A DNA stretch of 62,807 bases, the filler included, from Dimargaris cristalligena (Eukaryota), in the NCBI GenBank assembly GCA_003614675.1. It is 18 parts of 18 records of this genome, joined end to end, with 100 filler letters (N's around TTAATTAATTAA, not from the genome) between each part and the next. Parts side by side here need not be neighbours in the genome. Positions count along the whole stretch, not along the records: positions 24,605 to 28,003 come from ML003954.1; positions 28,104 to 31,392 come from ML003955.1; positions 31,493 to 34,888 come from ML003956.1; positions 34,989 to 38,383 come from ML003957.1; 14 more parts are not named here. One strand, given 5' to 3'. Positions 24,605 to 37,565 of this stretch are shown here, piece by piece; positions within the stretch are counted from its first letter, which is position 1, and each line of letters starts with the position of its first letter. The position numbers and the translations under genes are program-made. The notes under the pieces were generated by a model. It was not told the origin of the DNA. It saw only the letters and a list, made by a program, of their open reading frames with translations, and searched no databases.

Positions 24605-24826
24605 AAGCCCATTCATTGTGCCTTATCTGCCATACATTAGGAGGATCCCTGTGTGATCCCCGGTTGCCCTAGTTGTCCCTATCTGAAGATCAGATAAGAA
24701 TTATCCCCGCCGAGTGCGTGTTTCCCTTAGTTAGTTAGTTTTTCCCACTAGACCGAGACTGCTCCAGTTGGCTCTGATAAGGTTATCAGGCTATATTACC
24801 TTGTGGTATTAATTGTGACCACAACA
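24605..24826 (+). mobile_element. Probable LTR 3' end (family C)
   Basis: About 220 bp nearly identical to 49067-49287; similarity ends just after ...GACCACAACA. Confidence 0.7.
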
Positions 24827-25270
24827 GTATTAATTAGAGAATATTACCCGACGGACTTTGGGAAATATGGCCGACAGGTCATCTTTAATTTCCGTGATGG
24901 GAATTTAATATTTTTATGCAGTACTCACCTACCGTATACTACGCCTCGCCTGCACTAGACGTCATGTTACAACCTAAAATTAAATAATACTGTTTTCGAA
25001 TCCAGTTTAAGTATTAAAATCATAATTGATTCTTATTTTCTAGTCGGGGAGCTCGTCCAGGGCATTAACCGTAAGTCAGGCCATTTCATTAAAGCCAAAA
25101 TGGATAATTGCATGCCTTTTCGGTGATTTCATACCGTTTCTATTAATGGGCACTATGCCTTCCAGTACACCATGTTTCTCCCACATGCCCTTCATCTTAG
25201 CCCGCGACCCTAAGCCAAGAGCTCAAGGGCAGCTATTGGACTTCGGAAGTTAATCGATGCATTCGTATGG

Positions 25271-25414
25271 ATGTGGGAGAGGTTCAACCAAGCTGTATAG
25301 CGAAAAATCCGTTTGATGAAGTGAATATTACTGGTTGAAAATAAATCTCCCATATACTATCTCATACACGTATCATTTAAAACCTTATACAGCCGGGCCG
25401 CATTTCACCCATGT
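25271..25414 (+). mobile_element. MITE copy
   Basis: Collinear with 56359-56502 (GCTGTATA..GAAAAATCC, AATATTACTGGTT, AAAACCTTATACAGC). Confidence 0.7.
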
Positions 25415-28400
25415 TGATATCCAGCCCATCAAACAGCAGCCAGCTTTTCTGGGGTTTCCAGCTCTGTACTTCATTTCAATCTTCGCATCCACGGAATCTA
25501 CCCCCTGGTTGAAGGATGATGGAGGACCAGCTGTTATTAATATTACATACATTACCCCAGTTGGGGATTTCACCAATGGTACCGGTGATCTCCCTTAGGG
25601 TGAAGAATCATGAATGGGCGAATCGCCGAAACAGGTAGCCTACTAGGTACTTCGCTTCAGAATCTGCTGTTGTGAACCGTCCATTTTCCCCCAGGACTCC
25701 AAATCAATATGGACTGAGGCCAGGCAGATAGAAATCAGCGACACAACCACTGGGGCCCTGCTCATTGAGTATTTGGAGCAACGGTGTTGGGTTGAGTAGC
25801 GTATTATGGCTGGCTAAACCATGACTATTATTCCAGCTACATTAGCGGCAATAGCCTCCCTCCCTCACTCTTATCCTCTGATCCCAAAATCTGGATGTAA
25901 TGTTTCGGTCCTTAGGTGACTAATGTAAGCCAACTCTAGAGTACTTTGGAGTCAGTCAAGGTCATCACATAGTTGAGGCCCCCAGCCGACCCAGGGACAA
26001 ACAGTCGCAATGGGTATTATTATACATTCGATTAACATGCTTACCCGACCTCAAGGTGAACTCGGCCGAACTATTATCTAACCCTCATTTTAAATGATCC
26101 TACATTTACGCTAAAACCCATTTTTATTATATTATGTAAGTAGCTTTCTGGGTCTACAGAAACGCTGAAACCCATTGGATCGCCGGTAGGGATTGGCCAT
26201 TTACTTTAAAAACGCCCTTATTTGGAATCAGAATGTGCACTTGAATGGTCTGGGCGAGGTACCGCCGGCTTTGTTGATTCCATTGCTTGAAAGTACAGGC
26301 CAGTATACGTACATGAAGCTGAGCCATCTTTAGGTTTAAGTTTCCACCATTGCCTAGCTTCATCATTGAGGCACGGGAATTCTACCACCGTAGGAAGGTG
26401 TTCCTTCCAGCTATTCCCATTTCCTGATTCACCTATTCAATAGTACTTATTCCTTCTTCCACCTTTATCATTATTACACTTACTATACTATCATTTATAA
26501 GCGTCTTCCGGTATACCTTTCGCTTGCTCAACCTCTTTAGATATAGTTTGCTCGGCTATATATAATCTGAACCAATTCCCATGGTTATCCTGCAGCTAAT
26601 TAGCAATTATGTGATACCCCCATTCACCATCTAACTCGTCATCTCGATGTATACCTTTATTGTTAACTATAGAGGGCTTTTCACAACATCACCCTGGGAG
26701 TTACTTTCTGAGGCCTGTCCTAGGTGTAGGTATGCCGGTGGTCACTGTTATTATTTACCGGTACTATTTCTATTCATGAGGTGCTGCCCGCCGTTTTTTT
26801 GGGGGCTTCGTTTGAAAACACTCTTCCTAAATACAGGAATTCTAGCAGTTACAGGCCTTCTATTGTATGACAGTATCCCTGGCGACCAGTTATTAGCCGG
26901 ATAATTATACCATATTATTCTCACATGTAATTGGATGCCTCTCCCTCCCCTATAAACTCATAAGATGGGCGTGGAAGCTCGGAAAAATATTAACCAAATA
27001 TTTAGTTCTGTGAACACCAAACCGGTGTCTCTGGGCAAAATGCCCCAGTTCCTAACCTAACTCCCTATCCTGCGTCACTCAAATAGGGACTGCCGGGATT
27101 TGGTTCCAAGTCTAAATTATTATTATAACCCGATGCAGTAGTACTTTTCCGCCAGATGGCAACACTGTGAGCTCGTGGAGTGAGATTTACAATCAAATAG
27201 TAATACAACTGATGCTCAACTCGCTGAGATTTAGTGCAATGTCGTCCTACACATTTTCTTTTTCGTGAAGGGTGCAGGGCTCGGCATTAGAAAACCGATC
27301 GAGGCACCACCAACGCCGTGAAAGGTGAAATGCCTTAAGGGTGAATATCTAGGACGCGCGGGGTTTCAAAAATTGTCTTGGCAACTCGGGCATGAGCAAT
27401 TGGCCAACCTTGTTGAATTGCCACGTGCTGGTGTGGTTTCGTTTGCCACAGTGTTTTCAGAGTCTTCCATTGGAAGGAAGCGGAATACCTCCGAATTTGA
27501 AGGTTTTTTTGATTGTTGGCACTTTTTTAGCCACAGCATTCTAAATCCTAGGCCCATGTTGCGTTATGCTGACAGGGCTTCTAAGGGTTGTGAGTTGGGG
27601 AAGGGGTTGTAGAGGGCGTGGTGAGGTGAAGAGATTGTGACTCAGGGTGTGGTGGGTAAGGTAAGGTTGGCCTATGGAGATGGCGCTGGTTGAAATATAG
27701 GCCTGTGTATGTATGTGGCTGGTATCAAAGCTAGGACCTAGTGGTATTTACTGAGAATGGTACAAAGAGCTGACTAGATTCCACTTTTTTTTTGCATAGA
27801 CAATAATAAGTGTGCTGCTGTGGGCAAACGGCCAGAGGCCGTGTAAGCTCCAGCACATATTGCTAATCCAAAAAGTAGTCATACTTTGGATGAATTCAAG
27901 GCCACCGGACGATTGACGAGTTATTTCCATGGGAACGGTCCGGGGTCGTTAATATTATTTTATTTCTTTATGCTAGCTGATTCTCTTTTCCTTCAGCTTT
28001 CCANNNNNNNNNNNNNNNNNNNNNNNNNNNNNNNNNNNNNNNNNNNNTTAATTAATTAANNNNNNNNNNNNNNNNNNNNNNNNNNNNNNNNNNNNNNNNN
28101 NNNTCCGAGGGTAACTTCCACGTGGTATTACTTCTGGTTATCACCCTGGCCCTTTACGGTTCGATATTAATGTAAGTAACGCCTGTTTCTACACAGGACA
28201 AATTCCCCCCAAGTCTGGTGGTGGTGGTGGCCCAGCCGGTCTCCTGTGGCTGTATTACCATTTCCCAGTTTGACCATTAAATGTCACTGGGCCCTATATA
28301 CTCACCGTAAGTCCGACTATACGCCCTCTATTGGTATTCCTGGCTTCAATTCTACCGTCTCGCGTATGGTTCCTCCACCAATCTTATAGGCTCGTTCATT

Positions 28401-29383
28401 CGCTTCCCCCGGTTGAGAAAAACGTACCTCGAAAAGACGATTCCGTAACTAACGCCTCCGATAAAAAGACGCATTGAGAGAGGCGTGGCCTAAATGTTGG
28501 GCGCATAAAAGTTTTAATGATGATTTATATTATCACATTCATTAGTCAGACCACCCTTCAATGCCCGAATCTTTCTGGTATTAGTGTACACTTTTTTTGT
28601 TCCAAAATAAATAAGTACCCGGCAATTTAAATAACGCATCTATTCACTTTAAATTCAAAGGGGGCCTATAGGCTACGGGAAGGAAATGTACTCCTCAAGA
28701 CTCGAACAGCTCAATGGCTGATCAGTAAATTACAACCTACTGGTCATAGTTCCAGTTGCATTACCCAACTCAACCTTCTCCAACCCCCCCCCCCACCACG
28801 TCTCTGCTACTGTGAGGTCTCTAATGTGAATTTAAATAATAGTGGGAAAGTCTGTGTTGTATAGATTGACAGCAACGATAATAATTACCGACAAAAATAC
28901 TGGTAATAAAATGTCATGAAAGAAATAATATCATACTATATATGCAAGCGCGTCTAGGACTCCATCACTGCAGGTATAGGCCGAAGGAGGGTGGGGAAGA
29001 AAAGGAACGATAATAGACAGTGTGGGTGTGTGTATGTGGATATAAGCAGAGATGGATAATGAAATAAAATAATATTCAACTAGAAGGGAAGATACTCCCC
29101 CAATGGCTGTCAAATGGGGAAGATGAGGCCATTTGAGGTGAACATCATAAGTTTATATCACACAGGATCCTAAACCAACCACTGAACCACTCGGCAGCCA
29201 AGGGGGATTGAGTGGGGGAGTATAATGAATAATATAATAGTGATACCGATAGTGAGGTAATGATATAGAAATAGGGACGATAGAAATACGCTGAGCAAAA
29301 GAAGAGTAATGATAATAATTATAATAAGAATAGTGTAAGGTAAAATAATAATTAAACCCCACCCCCAAGTCGGCCTCGTGAGA

Positions 29384-31392
29384 TTAGTAAGTGTGGCGGT
29401 GGGCCGATTTGCTGGTAGGTAATAGTTTGTAGACTCGCTGCGGGTCGGTCAAAGTGGGTGTTGCCACGCAATGGATCGAATTGGGGTCCGTGCACAGACT
29501 GGATGAGTTACCCGTGATAATAACCTGCTCAAGCTGACCCGATTCCACATGCCGGATCTCAATGAAGAAGGGGTTGAAAGCCAAAATGTACGGATAGCAC
29601 AGGGAGAACGAGTTGGGCTCGCCCTCCCAGTGGATAATCCAATGCGGCCGGGCTCGCTGCCCGTTCTTGTTGACATAGAAGGCCAGCTCGTCATAGCACA
29701 GGAGGAAGTCCCCGCCTTGAACCTTGAAAATTGCAATCGGTCGAATATTCTCGCGCTTGCGCACAAAGTTTAGCGAATCGTCCTTGGGGTCAAGCAGCTC
29801 CTGCGTTTTGGAGGTAAGTGGATTGACAATCTCGAACCCCTTGAGACAGCCCACAATGATCAAGGCCTTGAATAGGTGGAGCGACGACGTTTCGGACGGA
29901 ATGTAAAACTCCTTGTACGGGCGCAGGATTTCCTGGTTACCGCGCGGTAGGAAACGCCCGAAGGATTTGTTCCGCCGGATTTGGCTGGGCGAAATGGGTT
30001 CGTCCGATTTGATAATGGTGGTAATATTGCTGGACCGCACCGAGCAGACCAAAATCCGGTCTAGGCACATGCCGGCCTTGAAGAATGTAATGTGGGAATG
30101 TACCTTCTTGGGTTTGGCATTGACAGCCAGGGTCGGGTTGAGTGCCTCTAGCGGGTATGACCACAGATTGCGGTCCTTGTCGGACAGGACGAAGAAAATG
30201 TTGTACTCCTCTAGGACATCGATTTGCAGTACCTTTTCCTGGGGGAGGGGCAGTTTCTCGAAGGATTCGGGATCGTTATTGAGGCCCACGTAGATACCCT
30301 GATCGGTTCCGATGGCTACCCGGCGGTTATGGTCAAAGGTCACGGACGTGTTGACTCGGTTGAAAATGGGGAAGGTGATACTAGTCAGCGGAATCAGTTC
30401 AAACTTCATATTCTGCTTGGTCTTGATATCCCGCTGCTTGGTGAGGTTTTCGACCCATTCCCGTCGTTCGGCAAACGAAGAGGCGTAGAAGGTGTGGGTA
30501 CCCCCGCGCCGACCCAGATGGGTCAGGATAATGGGGAATCCGCCTTTCCCCGCAGCCAGGTTGTCGCCTCCGGCCCGCTGCATGGGGGAGTTTGGCAAAT
30601 TAGTCGTGGAACTGAAGACGGCAGCCGAACGACCCAGGGGCTTGGCCAGTCCAGCCACACTGGAGGTGATCATACCAGCCGCCCCGCTGCTGGCAGTCGG
30701 AGTGGCGGGTGAAGCCCCTGCGCCGACCGTTCCATTCACCTCGGATTGCTCGTCAGGACAGTTGACCGTCAGTAATTCCAGGGGGATGGGCCGCTTAAAA
30801 ATCTTATATTCGATGGATCCGTTCTCCTTGCCTTTCTTGCGCTTAGCCATGAAAAACATGTGATCCAAAAGGAAACAGTTGATCTCGGTGGTTTCGACGC
30901 TGGAGCGTTTCTTCAAGGGGCCCTGTTGGATAATCTGCCGGCCCTCATGCATCAGATTGAGATCATTGGTATCGGCCGGTTTACACTGGAGCTGGTCCTT
31001 GAGCTTGCTCAAATTGACCCGGTTCTGGGCCTTGCCGGTCTCCGCATTGATCTGGGTCAGGAAGTCCTTGATGGTGGCCACTGCCTTGGTCAAACTGGCC
31101 ACGTCGGGGTGGTTCTCCGGGGAGGCCTTCAGGATACCTTCCAAGAGCAGGGGATACCGGCCCAATCGAGAGGTCGGGCGGTTCAGAAAACTATGGATGG
31201 AAAGCTTACGGGCCTCCGGGTGACGTTCCTGGTCTTCCAAGAACTTGTCAAAACGCTTGTTACGGTTGCGTTCCAAATCCAGAAAGTGCCGCGCAAGAAC
31301 CTGGTGGGCACCGTAGCGCACATACGGGTTAAACTGACTGACATGGGTCAGTACGATATCCCCAATCTGGTCTACGATATAACCCTCGGACT
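29384..31392 (-). CDS. ROM2: Rho1 guanine-nucleotide exchange factor (DH-PH-CNH), Rom2/Rgf-like, 5' truncated
   Basis: DH C-terminus (PEARKLSIHSFLNRPTSRLGRYPLLL), PH (YKIFKRPIPLELL), CNH (YKEFYIPSE, FLLCYDELAFYVNKNG, IHWEGEP, YPYILAF). The frame is open to the contig edge; stop TAA. Confidence 0.93.
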
Positions 31393-31492
31393 NNNNNNNN
31401 NNNNNNNNNNNNNNNNNNNNNNNNNNNNNNNNNNNNTTAATTAATTAANNNNNNNNNNNNNNNNNNNNNNNNNNNNNNNNNNNNNNNNNNNN

Positions 31493-33976
31493 AGCGCTCG
31501 ACCGAAGCAAAGCTCAGATAAAAGTCTTCGGGTTCTAGGAACCTATTAACGTTGTAAATTGAGCGGTCAGCCAGGCGGTGGATATTGGCCCACAGTGGGT
31601 TATTATGGGCCGCCTTCGTAGTAGGCGTTACTGCGACACTAAATCGAATGCGGAGGATCAAATCAAAGGTCAGGCTGGGAAATAAGATGTGTCCAGTGGC
31701 TGTATCGTAAATGCGGTGTACGGATTCAGCCGTCAGGGGGCGCTGTATACCCGAACTAGTCTTAAAAGTAGTCTCAATTAGAGCCAATTCGTTTGAACCC
31801 TCAGTACCAAAGGCGGCATCACAAGAATAAGGTGGTAGAGGGCGCCACTGGGCAACTACTTGCGACACTTGGTTAGATAAATGGGTGTATCGCAATCGCA
31901 GGCGGGCAGGATAGTTGCGAACATTGGAAAAATAAATCTCTCTGTGGGTCTACTGAGCTGCCTGGTCCAGAGCCTGGGCAAGAGACCAAGTTGCTTGGCG
32001 AGGGAGAGCAGCCAAGTCGGAGAAGGTTGTCAAGGAAGGCGACTGTTTCAGCACCTGCGGCTGCTGTGGTGGTAAAGGAAACACCTTGGATGTTGTCACT
32101 TGATCGGAGGGTAGTTCCGGGCTGGTACTTGCTGGCGGGATATCCATACATATTTGGCCAATATCTGCTGAGATATCGAGTCGAACCTCGGGATGGACCC
32201 GTTGTTGCAAGTCGGCGAGCTGGGTCGACCATTTTTTGAAAAAGTGGTGTACGGAACGGGAATCAGGCTCCGATTCGCTGCCGTTGGAGATCGGGGATGA
32301 TGTTTCGAGCGACCGGATGAGTTGGTCCTCCAGCGAAAACGCCGATTGGGACTGGTGCTTGGAGGTAAGGCCTTGTAATTCGCGTACGGTTTGAAGGCGA
32401 GTAAGGGCAAGCTGGCGGGAAACACTCGCATCGCTAAAGGGATTCGCCACGGGTATGAGTGTGTATTCAGCAGGAGAGGACAGCGTGTCTACGGTAGTGG
32501 GGTTGGTTTCCCTCAAATAAAGGTCACATCCAGCACTCTGTATAATATCAACAGTAAGGGAAATAGGGAAGTCGAATGTCGGTTAATAAATGGCTTGGCA
32601 TATTATCGGAAGGTTCAAAGATAGTGTTGGAAGGGGACCATCACAGTCCACTTCGACTCAAATTTTTAGAATATCACTCACTGTCCAGCCGCTGGTAGCA
32701 AGCATAAGACTAAGAGGGAAAGCTACCACAAGTACATCTACAATATATATGGCGTAGGGTTCCCTTTGCTAGATAATTAATGAACAGACGCTGGGCCGCA
32801 ATAGCATCCCGTGTACCTAATGATAAATTTTGCTTCGATTCCTCTTGATGCTTAATGGCCGTCTGTGTAATCTGGGCCATCTAGCTGATTAGCCGAACCA
32901 GATGCCGCCCATCGTGCCGCAGTGGGTGGGACTCGATAAGCGACAACTATAAATCCGTGGTGTGAAGATGGCGGCCCAGCAAGGTAATTGCACCGCAGAC
33001 CGTTGCCACCCTCGAATTGTTTTCTCTCCTCCGCAGGATTCACGGACTTTAGCTGGGTCAGGGTTCACAGGGCTATTTGGGGCGCAATTTCCTTGCGAAC
33101 CACAATATTGGCCTAAGCGGGGGGCACCTGGAGATCTCGACTGTGACTAGTCTGGTGTTCTTTAAGGACCCGGTCGATTTCGTCGTGGGATCTACGGAGC
33201 TGGCATATATGGTCTACAATTAATTCAACTAATTTGGTCCTCCACGCATTAGAAATTCAGCCGAGCGCCTTCTGGCTGTTGGAAGGAGGTATCGACAAGC
33301 CCCCCTCATTGGAAATGCGGTCTTTCTTGGATTCAATGTAGTCCCGGAGTTAAGTCACTTAAAAGCTAGCGGCCAGGTAATTGGTGGTTTGCTTCATTTC
33401 ACTGTCGGCAAATGGGCCATCGTGGGTGGGCTTGCCTTGTTCGATGTTGGTTTCGTTGGTACGGACGAGTATCTCGAATTCGAGGCTGGGTAGCTCAGCC
33501 ATGCGGTTGTAACGGGTAATATCAGGCTGGAATTAGCCGGCTTTCAGCGCTTTGGTTGGTTTCATGGTCTTCTTTCGGGTGGTGGCGGCGGCAGTCGTGG
33601 CCGGCAATGGGAGTTATTCTTCTTCATCCCGGCCGACTTCGTTGGTAGTATCACCCCTAGACTTTTTAGCCCTGGTCTTACGGTTAGCACCCGGAGGAGA
33701 GGCTACAGTCTCGGTGGACTAGGAGTCTATGTGGGGGTGCAGAGTGATTTCGTCTAAACGAGCACTATCAAAGGCGACGGAAGCGACAGTAGAATAGTCG
33801 GGAGTTGTCGATTCAGGGCCGGGATCAGAGTGGGTGGCTGCTCCAGCCACGCCAGTGCTTTTCTTGGGACTGGGTCGGACATAGGATTGGGTAGGGGTAG
33901 CTGATATTAAGGGATATGCTCGAGTGTAGCATATGAGCCGGCCACCTTGTAATGGGGCACAAAATCGATGGACCAT
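31493..33976 (-). pseudogene. Large decayed gene, tentatively SLS1-like (mitochondrial inner-membrane regulator)
   Basis: Long coding-like frame broken by in-frame stops (33721-33719, 31952-31950 and others) and frameshifts. YLAASF*VT*LRDYI...TKLVELIVDHI recalls the SLS1 N-terminal F-x-V-x-QL-x-x-Y pattern. The family call is tentative. Confidence 0.45.
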
Positions 33977-34834
33977 GCTAAGTCAAGGCAAGATATATGA
34001 CTTTGTTTTATAAGCCTAATATATTAATTGAGGGGATATTTAGTTTTTTGTAAAAATAGTACCTTCTCCAAAGTAGATAGGAAAATAAATATTGCGAAAA
34101 TAGGCTACCTATGTTTCTTTCATTGTGTTTTCCTATTGGTTGGTCTTATTTCGTTTATATATTAGACCGTGGACATGGCCACTGAGCATCATAAACCATT
34201 CCAATAAATAGCAAAAAGTTGACAGCATCTATTAACAACTATGGTATGTGTGGGAAATTAGGTGGGGTATATGTATTTAACCAGAAGTGTTTGCCTCATT
34301 CAGCGGATTTTTCATTTAACGGCCTGGATGAACCTTGTCCATACTCACTATATCTGTGTTGACCAAACAGAGGACTTTAACATATGTGTAATTAAAATAA
34401 TTACGCGGTTGAGGTGTAGTGGTTCTTCAACAGTTACCATAAAACAATTACAGTAATGAACTACCAGTCAGTTGGTCTGTCAGAAACGCTCTTGAAGATT
34501 TAAAGGGTGTATTGCATTTTATAGAACTATTCGAGTTATATAAATGTTTCCAAAAAAAAAAAAATAGATACAGGCCGGCCCAAACATGATAGACAAAGAA
34601 GATATAGTTTGGGCTTTTGGAAACAGTTGATGGGCCACTGGTGCTAGGCTAATATTACACTTCAATTTTGAAGCCAGAATTAGCTAGACTGGAATGCCAG
34701 CTAGATAACAGCTCAAGACAAGTGTTGGCCTTTTAGGGATCATTCGGAGGCATTGCATCAACAATCGGAATTAGCTCGTGCCAATTCGCCGGCAGAGGAG
34801 GCATCATTACATGCTAAATAGCTGGAGGAAGTCC

Positions 34835-34888
34835 ATGTGGGAGTAGTTCAGCAAGGCTGTATAACGAAAAATCCATTTGATGAGGCAA
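34835..34888 (+). mobile_element. MITE copy, 5' end, cut by the gap
   Basis: ATGTGGGAGTAGTTCAGCAAGGCTGTATAACGAAAAATCCATTTGATGAGG matches the 5' end of the other copies. Confidence 0.7.
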
Positions 34889-34988
34889 NNNNNNNNNNNN
34901 NNNNNNNNNNNNNNNNNNNNNNNNNNNNNNNNTTAATTAATTAANNNNNNNNNNNNNNNNNNNNNNNNNNNNNNNNNNNNNNNNNNNN

Positions 34989-35551
34989 TGTGGCCTTTTA
35001 CATACAATTTACTAGACCACTATTTTTATTTGAGCATGGGCATCGGCTGGTGTACCCTGGCACCTATTGAACTAGCACAAATTCTTCAGATATCACCATT
35101 AGCCGAGCCCATTAACCACTTGATGATCCCCTTTATCGACTTCCACGACTCGGGCTACGCAATTCTGTCACATTTATACCTTATTGTGGGTTGTGCGATC
35201 CCGATTTGACCTCGAACCTCCCGCCCCATAGCCAATCTAGCCGGTATTCTCACCCTAGGGCTCGGTGACGCGGCCGCCTCGATAGTCGGGCAGTCCGGCT
35301 GGGGGTGACACCATTGGCCAGGGAGTATGAAGACAGTGGAGGGGGTCATGGCATCCACATTGAGTGTCCTTATCGTGGCTGGTTTTCTTTCACTTAGCTC
35401 GGCATTCCAAGCAAGCACCGGTCCGAGTGGAGCAAGCTGGTTTATCATAAGTGCAACCATCACGGCAATTGGGGAAGCTCTAACGGACCAAAACGATAAC
35501 CTGTACATTCCACTAATATTGGCCATGCTGTTGAATTTGCGAACATTATAA
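34989..35551 (+). pseudogene. SEC59: Dolichol kinase C-terminal part with two in-frame TGA stops
   Basis: FIDFHDSGYAILSHLYLIVGCAIPI*, GILTLGLGDAAASIVG, G*HHWPGSMKTVEG and EALTDQNDNLYIP are dolichol kinase motifs. TGA at 35207-35209 falls at a Trp position and TGA at 35306-35308 at an Arg/Lys position. Confidence 0.88.
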
Positions 35552-37086
35552 TTGTGGGCGTGGTAAATTGTTACGAAGTACGGTTTATATATAGAATAAT
35601 GGTATTTATTCAACCTTTTTCTAGCTGGGAATTCCGCCAACCATTAGTGGATGAACGACACCACAAGACTAGTCGTGTTGTCTATTTTTGTTAGACCATA
35701 CCCTTCTATTGGGGCTACTCGGCTTCTCTGGGACTAATACTGTTCTTAGTGGTGCTAAAAATGGCCGTCCGTCGCCATGGATGTTGGCTGCTTAGCTAGA
35801 TCCAGGTTTAAGTGGGGGTGTAAAATAGCAAATCCGTACCAATTGTGGCGTTCAGGAAATTGGCGTGCCTCGAATATATGGTTTAAGCTGACCATAACCT
35901 CTTAATATTATGAATTAGAGCAAGAGCTGCCCCCTTGTGGATTCCAGCGACAATTGAATTGACTTTATGCTGGCCATTTTTTACCAGTACCTTAGCACCA
36001 AGGTTATGTACGGCCAAGTACCTGCACTACTCTCAGTAAGGTTGGTATACACTATGTAAACTATTATATACAGCGCGGGTCACCGGCATTTCAAGGAATG
36101 CAGCAACATAATATTCATCAGGGTAAATGGTCCACGACTTGTCCATCGATGTAAAAGAGCACCGGATTTAAGGAAGCCACTGTGACCCAACAAGGAATAA
36201 ATGGCTCTGCAAAAAGATGGGAATCTCTGGATATTGGCAGTGGGTTGGCTAGAACTGTCAGTATGCCTTACTCTACACTATAGCTGCATTGACCATCAAG
36301 TAAGGAGGGGGGCCCATCAGACGGCTAATTATTTAACAGGGCCCGATACTGCCGATGCTTCTTCCTCACCAATCTCGTCGGATCTTTAATTCAATGAGCA
36401 TCTCAGTTGTTACGGCATTAGTATGGATAAATATAGCCGGCGATGATCCTACTGCCACCAATAGTTTTGCTTAGACTGTGCTACTGGGCTTTGTATGTGA
36501 GGGCATCTTGGCATCGAGCTACTTTATTGCATCCACGATTAGATGATCTCGCCAATCAACATGGACCTGCGGGTGAATGATCAAGCGATGCCATGTATTG
36601 AGAGGTTAGGGGAATGGTTAAGTCCAGCTAAAAATACAGTCAGCGGGTAGTAAAGATGAGAAGAGAGAGATGGTGGGATATGAAAAGGGCGGGGAGTCGG
36701 CTAATCTCCAGGGGTGATAATAATGAGTACAGGTAATTTAAGAATTGGAGATCCTAGTAATTATGAATTTATTGCCGATGTGGTGGGACGAGGTGGGCTC
36801 GCCAGCCACAAGGAATGACTTAGAATTTCCAAGGCTAAGATTCCAATACGCAGTCCCGAAACAAAGCCGATGTGGTAGTAGATCAATGTTCTGGACAATG
36901 CCTTGGGTATCCATGAGATGCTGGCGTTAGTATAGAGGGTAGCCATAGGGCTAAGTCACTCTCTGACTAGGGGAGACTAGATTTTGAGCGGGATAATTTT
37001 ATCGAGCCTTGATTGGAGACGATTGATAGTCCATCACAGCCTAGTCAATTACAATGCAACCAGCCGAATTAGTCTTGAGTGTCCAA

Positions 37087-37093
37087 TATAAAA
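37087..37093 (+). promoter_or_regulatory. TATA box of the repeat-peptide precursor gene
   Basis: TATAAAA about 160 bp upstream of the ATG, followed by a pyrimidine-rich leader. Similar boxes precede other secreted genes (44567, 59591, ~23790 minus, ~51765 minus). Confidence 0.55.
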
Positions 37094-37250
37094 GCCCAGC
37101 CTCTGCCTGCCTTGTCAGTTTCAATATCATCTCAACACCATCATTTCATCCACTTGCTCTACTTCCTATTTTATTACTCAACCATTACCCCATACTTCTC
37201 CTCAACACGTTTCACCGCCTACCCCCAACCACCCCTACACCCGTCTCATC

Positions 37251-37565
37251 ATGCATTCCGCTTCATTCATCAAGGCTTTCATTGTGGCCGCCATGGCTCT
37301 TAGTGCTGTTGCCCAGGCCAATCAGTCCAACACTTCTGTATTGCCCGAGGGATCATCGCTGATGCGTCGCGATGTTGGCGAGGACCAGTACCTTGTTCGC
37401 CGTTCAAAGAAAAACAAGGGCAGCAAGTCCAAGAATGCGGAAACGGCCGCCCCTCTGAACCGCCGTGACATTGGTGAGGACCAGTACCTTGTTCGCCGTT
37501 CAAAGAAAAACAAGAGCAATCAGAAGGGCAAGTTGGCCGATGTGCCCCAGGCTCCCACCGTTTAG
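37251..37565 (+). CDS. Kex2-processed repeat protein (KEP): secreted peptide precursor, 104 aa
   Basis: Signal peptide, then four LxRR sites delimiting D(V/I)GEDQYLV twice and two Lys-rich SKKNK peptides. A 39-nt exact DNA repeat occurs at 37380 and 37476. Confidence 0.88.
   Translation: MHSASFIKAFIVAAMALSAVAQANQSNTSVLPEGSSLMRRDVGEDQYLVRRSKKNKGSKSKNAETAAPLNRRDIGEDQYLVRRSKKNKSNQKGKLADVPQAPTV

Noticed and set aside
27140..27560. hAT-like terminus (reverse complement CAGTGTTGCCA near 27157-27167) and a C2H2-like CPSC...H remnant
   Set aside because: No partner TIR found, the frame is broken and the matches are too short to support a call.
31493..35551. Stop-codon reassignment (TAR=Gln or TGA=Trp) to explain in-frame stops
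   Set aside because: Intact genes end in TAA (ROM2) and TAG (SEC9, AFG1) and have no internal stops. The TGA codons in SEC59 fall at both Trp and Arg/Lys positions, and frameshifts co-occur in the contig 10 gene.
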